The notes beneath the pieces were generated by a model. The model had not been told where the DNA came from, did no database searches, and saw only the letters and a program-made list of their open reading frames with translations. A program made the position numbers and the translations under genes. Of a stretch of DNA of 64,000 nt, positions 34,223-49,108 are shown in pieces. The stretch covers positions 685,523 to 749,522 of the forward strand of contig JAWQFM010000006.1 in NCBI GenBank assembly GCA_033442325.1, read 5' to 3'. This DNA is from Salpingoeca rosetta. Lineage: Eukaryota > Protista > Choanoflagellata. Position 1 is the first letter of the stretch; each line of letters starts with the position of its first letter.

Positions 34223-35780
34223 GAATGGTGCTGTATCAACAACAGCTGCTCTTCTCCTGCGCTGTGGCTGTCCAAGCTCCACCATGTCATCCTACACCCA
34301 CGTTCCACATCCACATCCTACACCCACGTCCCACACCCCACATCCCCATGCGTGTTCGTTCACACGCATCAGGCCACTCGAGTTGGAGACTGGAAACATC
34401 ACAAATGCAAACGGATCGTCACGAGTACAGCTGATGGGCACGGATGTGCTGGTTGGCGTGAAAGTGGAAGTGGCAACTCCAACAGACGACCGCCCCGACG
34501 AGGGCATGCTCGAGGTACGGTGTGACTCTGTGTGACAAAGAAAACGTGCATGTTGTCACGTGTGAAACGCCTGTCGCTGCGGAGTGATGCTCGAGATGTG
34601 GCTGACCATGCCGAATGCCGCCCAAATCTGCGCCACACCCACAATGCAACTCACATGATGCACCTGTTTGCACATATGTTGCAGTTCTCCATCAGTTCTT
34701 CAAGTGCAAACGCGACAGTCGCCGCATTGGATGCAAGAACAGCAGATAAGATGACGCGCTCCCTGGAGTTTCTGGCTGAGCAGCTGCAGAAGACATCACA
34801 CGCCCTCGACTTGAAGGTGCGTGTATGTGTTTATGCGTGTGCGTCAGTGAATGTGCATGCGTTTATGTGTGTGCGTCAGTGTATGTGGATGTGGATGTGT
34901 ATATGTGTGTGTCATTGTATGAGTGTGTGTCAGTGTGTACAAACGTTTTCACCACCACACGCGTTGCTTTGCCTGTGCCAATGCTGGTGTCGCAATCCCT
35001 GGCACCTCACCATGCCTCCATGTGCTGTTGTGTGTTGCTGTGCGCGCGAGCAGAAGTTGTGTATCCTGCCGGGCAAGGCCGTGTGGTGCGTGCGCGTGGA
35101 CGTGCTGGTGCTGCAGAGCCTGGGCGGAAACGTGGTGGAGTGTGTGTTCCTCGCCATCAAGGTCTGTGCTCAACCCCATGCCGTCCCACTGCTCGAACCC
35201 GATGAGAAGCAGCATCCGTGTGGGCTTCGCACGGGTTTGAAAGCAGCTTTATGCTGGTTTTAACCCCTTTGTTTCGCTTATGCGCCACCTCCAAACTCCA
35301 ACTCACAGCGACGTGTGTCTGTGTGTGTGTGTGTGCATGTGTGTGCGTGTGTGTGTGTGTCTTCTGTGTGTCTGTGTGTGTGTGTACGTGTGTGTGTCTT
35401 CTGTGTGTATGTGTGTGTTTGTGCGTGTGTGTGTCTTCTATGTGTGTCTTCTGTGTGTCTGTGTGTGTGTTTGTGTATCTGTGTCTGGTGCCTGTGTGTG
35501 TGTGTGTGTATCTGTGTGTGTGTGTGTGTGCGTGTGTGCAGGCTGCGCTGCACGACACGACCATCCCCAACTGCACCCTCATCAAGGACAGCAACGGTGA
35601 AGCCGTGGACTTTGACATCTCCAGCAACGCTTACGACGTGCGCCACGTGAATTGTTTGTTGTATTTGGTGTTTGCTTGTGTTTGTGTGTGCATGTGTATG
35701 TCAATGCATGCACATGTCAATGCATACACTTTCACTTTCTTTCTTCCCTTTCGTGACGTGTCATCCGCACACAACGCACG

Positions 35781-35854
<74 letters not shown>

Positions 35855-36478
35855 CACACACACACACATGTACACCCCCTCCCTCACGTGACAGGTGTCT
35901 CCGATTGAGGGTGTTGCTGAGTTTCCTGTCATCCTCTGCTTCGGCATCATCGGCGCCCGCGTTTTTGCTGATCCGCTCTTTGAGGAGGAGGTGACACATT
36001 TGCACTCCTGCCTGGTGTTGTTGCTGTGTCTGTGTGTCTGTGTGTGTGTGTGTGTGTGTCTGTGTCTGTGTCTGTCTGTCTGTGTTTGTGTGTCTGTCTG
36101 TGTTTGTGTCTGTCTGTGTCTGTCTGTGTTTGTCTGTCTGTCTGTGTCTGTCTGTGTTTGTCTGTCTGTCTGTGTCTGTCTGTGTTTGTCTATCTGCACT
36201 TGCGTCTGTATGCCACCCCCACCCCTCTTCCTCACCGCCCAGCGTTCCCCTTCCTCCCTTCTCTCCCTCAACTCCCACAGGAGTGCGCAGACGCGTTTGT
36301 GCTGGTAGGCGTGAGTGCGAGCGGGGCGGTGTGTCTGACGCAGCAGGTGTGTGCTGGGCGTGGCGTTGATCCCACGACCATCATCGAGGCAGTGGACACT
36401 GCGCGACAGGCTGTCAAGGGCGTGTTGGAGGACACGGGCTGTACACACACCAGCATCTGCAATGCCGATGGGCAGTAG
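34056..36478 (+). CDS. EXOSC7: exosome complex component RRP42 (EXOSC7), RNase PH fold; 7 exons
   Basis: [22 protein letters not shown]|[25 protein letters not shown]...[43 protein letters not shown]. Confidence 0.92.
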
Positions 36479-36969
36479 TCGCGGTGATGTGGGATTGAAT
36501 GGTGGTTATCGGTGTGCTCGTTGAGAGAGTCAGAGGATTGGCAACATGCATGTTTGCATGTGTGTCTGTGTCGTATGTGTGTCTGTGTCTGTCTGTCTGT
36601 CTGTCTGTGTATATCTTTGTGTGTGTCTGTGTCTGTGTGTGTGTGTGTGTGTGCATCTGTGTGGTTGCTGAGTGAAGCGAAGTTGTTTGACAATGAATAA
36701 ACGAGAGTCATTCGTGTATGCCATCTGTCACATCAGGAAGTGATGAATAACAACCGTGCAGCGAACAGTAAACTCAAGTGATCAAGCGATCAAGCAAGGA
36801 ATAAGGCATCTTCATGTGTGGGTTCACAATGTCATGTCATGTAACAAATCTACGCACGTGCATGCTCGCGTGCTCACAAACACACACACACACACAAGTA
36901 TGCTCACGTACACATTACACATACACACGTGCGCAGCACACCGTCAAATCACACAAGCCAGCAAAAGCA

Positions 36970-38705
<1,736 letters not shown>

Positions 38706-38782
38706 CAGCGTCATCAGCGTCCAACAACAACAGTGAAGCAAAACCAAGCAAGCAAAAAGTCAAACACACACACACACACACA

Positions 38783-38817
<35 letters not shown>

Positions 38818-39143
38818 CAGCAACGACTTTAAACGTGTGCATTCGCTCCACTTCGCTGCGTGCGTGTTTTGTCCCACCAGTAAGAGCAACACAGCCTACA
38901 AGCACCGCCCTGGTCCAGCCTGTCGTGTGTGTGTTGTTGTTGGGGAAAGAGAGACGCACTCGCTGTCTGTCTTCTTGACCGATCACGCACGCACGCTCGC
39001 TTGTTGTTGCCACTCACTCACACGTTCAACAGACTGCTGACTGAGGGAAAGCATCGTGTGCCTGGCCTCGTTGTTGTTGCTGTTGGTGTTTCCCCCCGTC
39101 CGCACCTTGCTGTCAACCAGGCTGAGAAAACCGAGGAGGAGCC

Positions 39144-39959
39144 ATGGTGCGCCGCGGCAACAGTGTCACGGACACGACAGAGGCCTTTGAGATGCAGCGT
39201 GAGTTGTGTTGTAGTGTTGTGTTGTGTGCTGTATTGTGTTGTGTTGTGTGTGCAGTGTAGTGTTGTGTGGTGTGTAGTGTTGTGTTGTGTATTCTCTCGA
39301 ACCATGATAAACCAATGTGCTGGCCACCACAACTTGCGTGCTCACGCACACACACATAACCACACACACAACCACACACACATAACCACACACGCACATA
39401 ACCACACACGCACACACGTCTGCTTCCCCTTTATTGCACAGACAACCCTGACCCTGTTCGTCAGCCGAGCATGCGGTCCCGCTCGGGGTCGAGCAACCTC
39501 CGCCGTCGATCGATGACGGAGCGCAAGGCATCCTCCAACGCCCAGTCGCGCCAGTTCGAGCGCCGCAGAGGTATGGTGGTGCCGCTGGCCGTGTCGGTGG
39601 TGCTGATGGTGGTGCTGGTGGTGGTCTGTGGTCACGCGTCTTTTGGATGTGATGCACACGCTCGCTGTGGGTTCTTCGCTTTTGCTTTGCACCCTTTGCA
39701 TTTCACACACGCATGCACACATCAACACGCTCACTGACAACCAACACACACACACACCAACCCACCTCTCACACCGACTGCAGCGGACCAGGTTCGCATC
39801 TGGAGTGAGAACCGGCCGTTCTTTGCGGCCAAGGCGGGCCTACTCAAGGTCCTGCAGAAGTTTGAGGAGTCCAGCTTCGCCTCCCATGAGGAGCGGGTAC
39901 GTGCAGTTGCACGTGCGTGCGTGTGTGCGTGTGTTTGTATCTGTGTGTTTGTTTGTGTC

Positions 39960-39992
<33 letters not shown>

Positions 39993-41005
39993 TGTCTGTC
40001 TGTCTGTCTGTCTGTGCCGGTATCTCTCTCCCTCTCTCTATGTGTGTGCCTGCATACGATTGAGTGTGGTTGGGTTGGTTGCCACCGTGAACCTTATTCC
40101 GCTGACGTTTCCCTCGCTCACGACACGCCACACACGTCTTCCCCTCCCCTCTCATTGCCGTCCCCCGGGGCAGGTTGACTTCTACGTGAACAACCGCGAC
40201 CCCGTTGGCGCGACGGTGCTGCACGTGACCATCCTCTGCGAATCCCTCGATGTCGCCAAGTACCTCATCAAGACGTGAGTCGACCCCACCAACAGCGGTG
40301 TCGGGTGTCGCGCTGTGTTGGATGGCGCATGTGCATTACATGCCGCCTTTAGCCTTCCTTGTTCACCTGTTCCCATCTCACAAAACACGCACACACAATA
40401 TGCACGACACGTGACGCACAACACACGCAACACACGCACACAACACAACATACAATTCACATGGTGTCTGTGCAGCTACGGCGCCAAGCTTGTGCGCCAG
40501 CCCTACGAGTCCACCCCACCCTCCCCCTACGAAGGAGAGACCGCCCTGCACCTGGCCATCGTCAAGCGCCAATATGAACTGGCCAAGATGCTCGTGCAGT
40601 ACGGCGCCGACATCAACGCCCACACCACAGGTGCACCCACTGCCCCGCGCTGTGGTTGTGCCTGTTTGTGTCTGTTTGTGCTTGTGTATATGTGTTTGTG
40701 TGTTTGTGTCTGTGTGTCTGGTTGTGCTTGTCTGTGTGTCTGGTTGTGCTTGTCTGTCATGTACGTCATCATCGTGGCGATGGTCGGGCATTGCGCGTGC
40801 TGTTTCTTCACTTACGACTCGTGTTCGCCGCCCCATACGTGCACGCATTTTCCTTTGCCTTGCCTGCAGGCACGTTCTTTGACCAAGAGATCTCTGTGGA
40901 CAAGGGCCTGTACTTTGGCAGCACGCCGCTGCACTTTGCCGTCTGCTCCGGCGATCTACGCATGGCCGAGTACCTCCTCAACCACAACGCAGACGCCTCC
41001 CTCCC

Positions 41006-41091
<86 letters not shown>

Positions 41092-42023
41092 CGCGCGCGC
41101 GTGTGTGTGTGTGTCGTACAATGCCATTCACAATACCCCTGCATTCGGCGTCTCAACACTTCAAACCCCCCCCCAATCACGACAGGATTCGTACGGCAAC
41201 ACGGCGCTGCACTTGTGCGTGGTGTATGAGGACCAGGCCATGTACGACCTTGTTGCCAGCCGCGACCAGGCCTTCGAGGGCAAGCTGAGGGTGCGCTGAC
41301 GCTGATGTTGATGTTGATGTCATCGCCATGGTGCCATTTCAGAATTCCCCTCGCCTGAAGAAACCTGTGCGCACAACAAACACCGCGAATATGTTCTCAC
41401 CCCCTCCCACACCCTGCGTACTCTCACCCTTTGCTTCATCCCCCTCTCCTATTATGACTTGCGCCAGGTTGCGCGCAACAACGACGGGCTGACGCCACTG
41501 AAGCTGGCTGCCAGTCTTGCCAGCGCCACCATGTTCAAGCACATCCTCCACCGCAACCGCGAACTCAACTGGGCTTTCGGACCCATCAAAGGTGCCGTAG
41601 TGTGTCTGTCTGTCTGTCTGTCTGCATGTGTGTGTGCGCGTGCATGCGTGCGTGTCTGTGTCTGTGTGTGTCTGTGCATGTATGCGTGTTTGTGTGTGTG
41701 TGTCTGCGCATGTATGCGTGTTTGTGTGTGTGTGTGTGTGTGCGTACGTGCGTGCGAGTTTGTGTGTGTGTGTGTGCGTACGTGCGTGCGAGTTTGTGTG
41801 TGTGTGTGTGTGTGCATCTCAGCGCTCTCTCAAGTGCACTTTGTTCCAACTCAACTTCATATCCCTCTCCCACCTCCGTTTGTTGGATGCGCAGAGTACC
41901 TGTACCCGCTGAAGGAGCTCGACAGTGTGGAGAAGGAAGGTGTTCTCGACATTCTCGTGCAGCATGGGTCTCTCGAGCACGCAACCCTTCTCAAGCTCCC
42001 GCCGCTCCAGTAAGCACCTCGTG

Positions 42024-42110
<87 letters not shown>

Positions 42111-43056
42111 CATTTCGTGACAAGCCGTGGACAACTCAAGGCAGCATGAAACATCTGCAAGCCCTCTACCCCTCGTATCTCACCCTTCAATCCATCAATC
42201 CCTCATCCAATACCCTGCGGTGTTGTTGTGTCCAGCGACATGCTGGCGGAGAAATGGTCCCGGTTTGCCAAGTTTGCCTTTGGCTGTTTCATCATGATCT
42301 ACATGGTCGTCATCGCCTGCCTCATTGCCGGTTCGTTCCACCGCCTGAAAGCACGCGCCCGCTGGCACTGCCCTCCTGTAATGAACGCCCTCTGCTGCCT
42401 TTGTGCGCTGCCAAGGCCGCCTTGTTCACGTCCCATCTCACCACCATCACCACCATCACCACCACAGCGCTGTACCTGACCCAGGAGCCCAACTCGTACT
42501 CGTCCACGCAGGATCTCGCCCGCCTCCTCCTCGAAATCATCGTCGTCTTCTGGGTCACCGTCGACACCGTCGCCTTCGAAATCCCAGGTGCATTTGCTTT
42601 GTGTGTGTCTGTGTGTCTGTGTGCCTGTGTGCCTGTGTCTGTGTCTGTGTGTCTGTGTCTGTGCCTGTGTCTGTGTGTGTCCCTGTCTGTCCCCTCCCCC
42701 AACGCACACACACACACACCATCCATCAACCTGCACTCTGCTGTCCCACATCCTTGTGCTGATCACCACGCCCTCCTCACCCCTCTCCCCTTTGTCTTTT
42801 CCTTTGTTGTGCACAGAGCTTGTGCGCTACGTGCGTCACGGCATACGCCCGAGCCAGCTGTATGCCGGGTCGTTTGTGTTTGTGATGAGCAACTGGCTGT
42901 TCCGCGCCATGCTGGTCATCTGCATTGTTCTCCGCGTCAGCGATGCCCAAGCGAACGTCCAGCGAACCTTCCTCAGCTTCCTCGCAGGTGCAGTCCCGTG
43001 TGTGTGCGTGTGCGTGTGTGTGTGTGTGCGTGCGTGTGTGTGTGTGTGCGTGTGTG

Positions 43057-43103
<47 letters not shown>

Positions 43104-45523
43104 ATCCGTCTCCCATGTTGCCACCCTGCCGCCCTGACGACATCGTTGCTGCACATGCGCCTTGCCCTCACCACCACCGCCGCCGCCACCACCACCATCA
43201 CATCGACCTGTCCACGGCCAGTGCTTGGCATGCTGTATCTGCTGCATTTCGCCCGTGGTGTGCGCGCATTCTCCAAGTTCATTCTCATGACCGAACGCAT
43301 GGTCATCGACATGCGGTTCTGGTGCGTACACGCAAGTGGTGATGACTGTCTATTTGTGACATCCATGTGTGTGCTGTCTGTCTGTGTGTGTGTGTGTGTG
43401 CGATGCTCCTCTGTGCTTGATGCACTCGCATCTCACATTCACTCCAACACCATGATCATCACCACCACGTCAGGACGATTGTGTTTGCGGTGGAGCTCGT
43501 TGGCTTCGCCCTCGGCTTCCAGCTCCTCTTCAACAACCACGACCCGCACACTGGTCGGCACGCATGTCGCTCTGTACTGTTCTGTGCGCTCGCGTTGCTG
43601 TTCTGTGTTGTTCTGTGCTCTCGCTTTGGTGTGTGTACTCGCGTCGTTGATGCTCTCACACACCCCCCCCCAACCACTTCCACCACCACACCTGACTCAA
43701 CCCCCACCTCTCCCTTTACATGTGTGCTGCTCGCACCAGGCCCGATTGACCTCGAGACGATGTGGATTGGCATGTTCACCCTTGTCAAGTGGACCATGGG
43801 CGAGGTGCGACCATTGTCGTCATGTTGCTGCTCTCACTCCTGCGACTGCTGTCGCGTCTCTTGCTGCTACATATTTCTCTTCCTTGTACTTCTTTCGTTA
43901 TATGCGTGATACCGTTTCCGCTCACACCCACCTTGCTGCTTTTCCACAAGACAATTTCACAACGCGCCTGCGTGTGATGTATTCATTGCTCCACACCTCA
44001 CTTTGTACACACACATTCGCATGCACGCACACATAACACCCTCACACACCCTCACACCCTTACCCACGCTGCTTGTCCTGCCTTGCTCGCGGCGCCAGTT
44101 CAACTTCACCTCCAATGAGGTTGAGGTCTCTATTTCGCAGCCCGCATCCTACATCCTCTTCATCGGATTCGTCATCCTCTCCGTATGTTTGCACCCACGA
44201 AAATGCACCCGTCTCTGTGTGTGTGTATGTGTCTGTCTGTGTGTGCGTGTGTGTGTTGGTTTGTTTGTGTGTGTGTGTGTGTCTGTGTCTGCGTCTGTGT
44301 GTTGGTGTGATCGTGTTCCCATCTGTGTGCATGTGTGTGCACTCGAGTACCATATCTGCTGCTTGTCTTCAGTCCCTCACCCCAGCTCTTCACACGACCC
44401 CGGCAACTGCTGCGTGCATTTCCCCCCTCAACCGCAACAGTCCACTGTCCTGTTCAACATCCTCATTGCTCTCATGACATCGACCTTCCAAACCTACGAC
44501 GCGGAAGCAACCACCCTTTCCACCATGCAGGTGCTGTGATTCGTCTCTGCCTCCATGTTTGCTTGTCTGTGTCTGTGTGCGTACGTGTGTGTCTCTGTGT
44601 GTGTCTGTGTATGTGTCTGTGTGTGTGTCTGTACATGTCAGTTCCGCGTCTCCGCGCTCAAAAACAAACCAACCCCCTTACCTGCTTCATCATCATCACC
44701 AACCACCACTGCAACAACAACAACAACAACAACAACAACTGCCACCACGCAGTGGGCGACGACGATTATCAGCATCGAGTACAAGCTGCGTCGCATTGGC
44801 GTCTACAGCAAGAAGTGGCGCACAGGAACACCTGGGGAGGACTGCGGTGGCCGTCCAAACGAATTCTACAAGGTGCGCGTGCACGTACTCGCGCGCGCGT
44901 GCGTGTGCGTGTGTCTGTAAGTGTGTGTCTATGTGTCTGTGTGTGTCTATGTGTCTGTGTGTGTGTCTAAGTCTGTGTGTGTGCGTGCAATCACAGCATG
45001 CCCTGCTTGCTTGCTCGTCCTCTTCGCCCACACTGCCGTGCTGGCCTCCATCGCCACTGCAGGTGACGCTGGTGTACGATGCGCCAGACAAGGCAAAGCG
45101 CGACAGCGAAGGCGGTGTCTCTCCCACAAAGCACGAAGCCAAGAAGCACGTTCCAGGGTACGCTCGTGGCATGCACATGTGTCTGTGCACGTGCATGTGT
45201 ACATGTGTGAATGCGTTACCTGTCAGCATGCATCCGCACATCTGCCCTGTATTCATTCGCCTTTTATCCCCACCAGATACCCGAGCACATACCACGACCG
45301 CAACGTGGACCGGTGGGACACCATCATGCGTCGGGTCAACAGCGACAGCCCGAGCGGAAACTACATTGAGGACTACTCTGAGATGGTGTCGATCTTTGAG
45401 CTGTATGAGGTGATGGAGCAGCGAAGCGTCAATCGTGAGACCGCCGCTTTTATTCTTCAGGACCTCGTCTTCAACAACGCCCTCAACCCAACAGAGGTGC
45501 GCAACAGCTGCCGGCAGTGTGTG

Positions 45524-45558
<35 letters not shown>

Positions 45559-46069
45559 GTTTTCGATGTTCAACCTTGACACCACTGTCCTTTGAACCCA
45601 CATGTGTGTGTGCGTGCATGTGTGTGTCTGTGTCTGTGCGTGCCAACAACAGGAGCTGAAGAACACGGTGCTGAAGGCGTCGCAGGTCGTGGCCGCGGAA
45701 CTCGACCCGGATGGCGTACGTGATGATGATGGTGGTGGCGGTGGTGGTGATGATACGCGACACCATTGGCTGCTCTGCTGCTGCTGCAATATTCACCCTT
45801 TTGTGTGTGTGCGTACACGATTGCCCATCACACCCTCAAGCACTCACACTCTCACACACACACACACATCCCTGTCGACGACAGGATGATGACATTCCGT
45901 ACGAGACGCTGGCGACATTCTGCCGGCTGAGCCGCATGTCGCTGATCCAGCGCAAGAACAGTTACGAGACGCGACGCCACGCCCTCATCGTGGTCGACTG
46001 CCAGAACGATTTCACCGCAAACGGCGCCGTCCCCGTCACGGTGCGCTGGCGGCGTTGTTGTTGTTTAAG

Positions 46070-46125
<56 letters not shown>

Positions 46126-46128
46126 CAG

Positions 46129-46216
<88 letters not shown>

Positions 46217-46218
46217 AG

Positions 46219-46261
<43 letters not shown>

Positions 46262-46763
46262 GTGCATTGTGTGCGTCTGCATGTTGTGTTGTCCCCCTGT
46301 TTCGCTGTTGCCTGCATGCTCCTTGATTGCTGTGTTCTCAACGTGTCCTTGGGCGCCTCTCTCCCTTCTTTCGCATCAGGGCTATCACAAGCGCAACGTC
46401 ATCAACCAAATCAACGCCCTTCGCGAGCAGTTCCCCTGGGACCTGGTGCGTTCACACACGCACGCACACACATACACACATATACATACATACACACACA
46501 TACATACATACACACACATACATACATACACACACATACACACAACACACAAATGCGCGCACGTACGCACAGCCATGCATCTTCAAACCGCTGTGCGCTT
46601 GGGTTGGTGCCGGTCTTGATGGTGTCCAATGCTGCTCCTGCTCACACGACCACACCATCAACTCCCTCGCATGTGTGCAGGTGGTCATGACCCAGGATTG
46701 GCATCCACGCAACCACATCTCCTTCAAGGGCTCAGAACTCGGCCGCGCAGGTGCAGAGCTCGT

Positions 46764-46848
<85 letters not shown>

Positions 46849-47915
46849 CTTCTGTTGCGTATCTGTCCGACAGATAACGTCCTCGACTCACCCCGTGTCC
46901 CCACACTAACCCCGCCCATCCCTCTCACCGCCACCATCACATCACCATCACCAGTGTACGACGACGATGAGGATGTTGTTGAGCGGCGGTGCCACAACGG
47001 CGATCTTGTGTATCTCCCCGATGACGTTGACGACATGATCTGGCCGCCCCACTGCATCCAGAACACAGACGGCGCGGACTTTGTGCCAGAGCTCATGGTC
47101 CGTCAGTGCAGGCGGTGTTGTTGCTTTTGTGTCTGCCTGTCTGTCTGTCTGTGTATCTGTGTGTCTTTGCCTGTGTTTGGGCGACACTGCGTGTCTCCCG
47201 TTCGCCAAAATGACTTTGAATCGCACCCTCTAACGTAGTTGTTCCGTTCATTCTTTTGTTTTTCGGATTTGATGCGGCGGCGCAGGTCAAGGACGACGAC
47301 ATCATCGTTCGCAAGGTATGCATGCAGACTGTTGCTGGCGTCAAGTATCTTTCTTCTTTGCCTTGTTGTGACCTCGTGTTTGCTCGTGACTGAGCACATT
47401 TTCTACGCTCACACACACACACGCACACGTGTGTCGTCTTCTCCGCAGGCGATGGACCCGGCTGTGGACAGCTACTCTGCATTCTGGGACAACGCGCGCA
47501 AGAGCCAGACGCGGTACGCGATGACAGTAGAGCGTTGTGTGTGTCTGTGTGTGTGTGTCTGTGTTTGTGTGTCTGTGTTTGTGTGTCTGTGTGTGTGTGT
47601 TCCTTTGTCTGTCCGTCTATCCATCTGGATGTGTGTACACACGTTCTTTCTCTCACACTCCCCTCCCTCACCCCACCACTACTGATCCCTCATCTCCCAT
47701 GATCGCTGCAGGCTGTTTGAGCACCTGTTCAACCACCAGATTGAGGATGTGTTCATCGTCGGCCTTGGCTTCGACTGCGCTGTCGGCCGCACCGCCCGCG
47801 ACGCCGCAACATACGGTCCGCTGCTCCTGTTCGCGCACGCATGGCCTTGGATTGGGAGGGGGATGAGCTGAACAACCAGGGGATGGAGTTGCGTGTGTGT
47901 AGGGGGGTGTGGGTT

Positions 47916-47966
<51 letters not shown>

Positions 47967-48748
47967 CGCAGAGGTTCACAGTGCGCGGCCAAGGCCATTG
48001 CCTACGCGCTCATTCTTTCCATCACTCACTCACGCGTTTGCTTGTTTCGCCATACGCTGCTGCGTGCTGTTAGGCTTCAACACGCACGTCATTGAGGACT
48101 GCACGTGCTGGTTTGATGACCGCTGGCGAAACGAAATGCATTTGGAGCTCTTTGATGCCCACGTGCAAGTCATCAAGACAACCGATATTATCGCGGTCAG
48201 TGTCACATACACGAGCACAAGATGCATGCGTTGGTTTTGGTTTGCCTGTCTGTGTGTGCACGTGTATGTGTGTGGTGGGGGGGCGCACGTGTGTGTGAGA
48301 ATGCAGCTCATATCGTTGCTGCTGGTTGTATGGTTGTTGTACTGACGCCTCCACTCACGCAACCATGATTATCCCTTCCTCCTCCTCCTCCTCCTCCTCC
48401 TCCTCCTCGTCGCCACCAATCACTATCAACAGCATCGCGAGCGCTCCTCCTTTGTTGTTCTCGACAGCAACACCATTTCCGAAATCTCCAGCCGCTCAAA
48501 GAAGGTGTGTGCGTGCGTGTGTGTGTCTGTGTGTGTCTGTGTGTGTGTGTGCCTGTGTGTGTCTGTGTGTGTCTTGCTACATGTTCTCACCACCACCGCC
48601 GCCACCACCACGACCACAACCACTACTCACAAACACACGCACGCACACACACGCACGCACACGCACGCACACGCACGCATGATAGGTTGTCCGCAAGCGC
48701 CCGACACAGAAGTTTGTTCGTCGCACTCGCATGATCAGCCACGCCTAA
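39144..48748 (+). CDS. TRPV-like cation channel (ankyrin repeats and 6 TM) fused to an EF-hand-like region and a C-terminal nicotinamidase/isochorismatase-fold domain; ~31 exons
   Basis: TRPV hallmarks: [21 protein letters not shown]|[62 protein letters not shown], pore KWTMGE, S6 [17 protein letters not shown]. Nicotinamidase motifs: [66 protein letters not shown]. Splice phases checked and consistent from S6 to the TAA at 48746-48748. Confidence 0.9.
46053..46260. repeat. intronic (GTT)n microsatellite with TTAA interruptions
   Basis: Seen directly. A similar interrupted tract (aacttaaac) lies at ~31427-31510. Confidence 0.9.
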
Positions 48749-49070
48749 TGACTCCCACCGACAGCGTTGATCCGGAACATACAATTGCTACAGTGCTTTA
48801 TCATCAACACGGTAGCCAATGAAATGGTTTTCGCTCTCGTCGGTTGCCTCTTCTTTGACCTTTCTCCCTCCCCGTCGCCCTCTCTTCCCGCTTTGCTCCT
48901 ATTCCATGTGGGTTTTTTGTTGTGTGTGTTTCTTCCTGTTGCTTGCTTCCCACATTCTCATCTGTTCATCTGTTTTCGCCCTGCCTGTTCGTTGTCCATG
49001 TGTGTGTGTGTGTGTGTGCGGGTTTGTCCGTCTGTCTGTGTGTGTGTGTGTGTGCGGGTTTGTCCGTCTG

Positions 49071-49108
<38 letters not shown>

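Noticed and set aside
39144-44872. TRPA, TRPN or TRPC identity for the channel
   Set aside because: It has only about six ankyrin repeats plus TRPV-specific motifs (G.FF...[29 protein letters not shown]).
45885-48748. Nicotinamidase as a stand-alone gene downstream of the channel
   Set aside because: The spliced frame has no stop after the TRP helix, the intervening introns are normal-sized and phase-compatible, and there is no promoter-sized gap. cDNA is still needed for proof.
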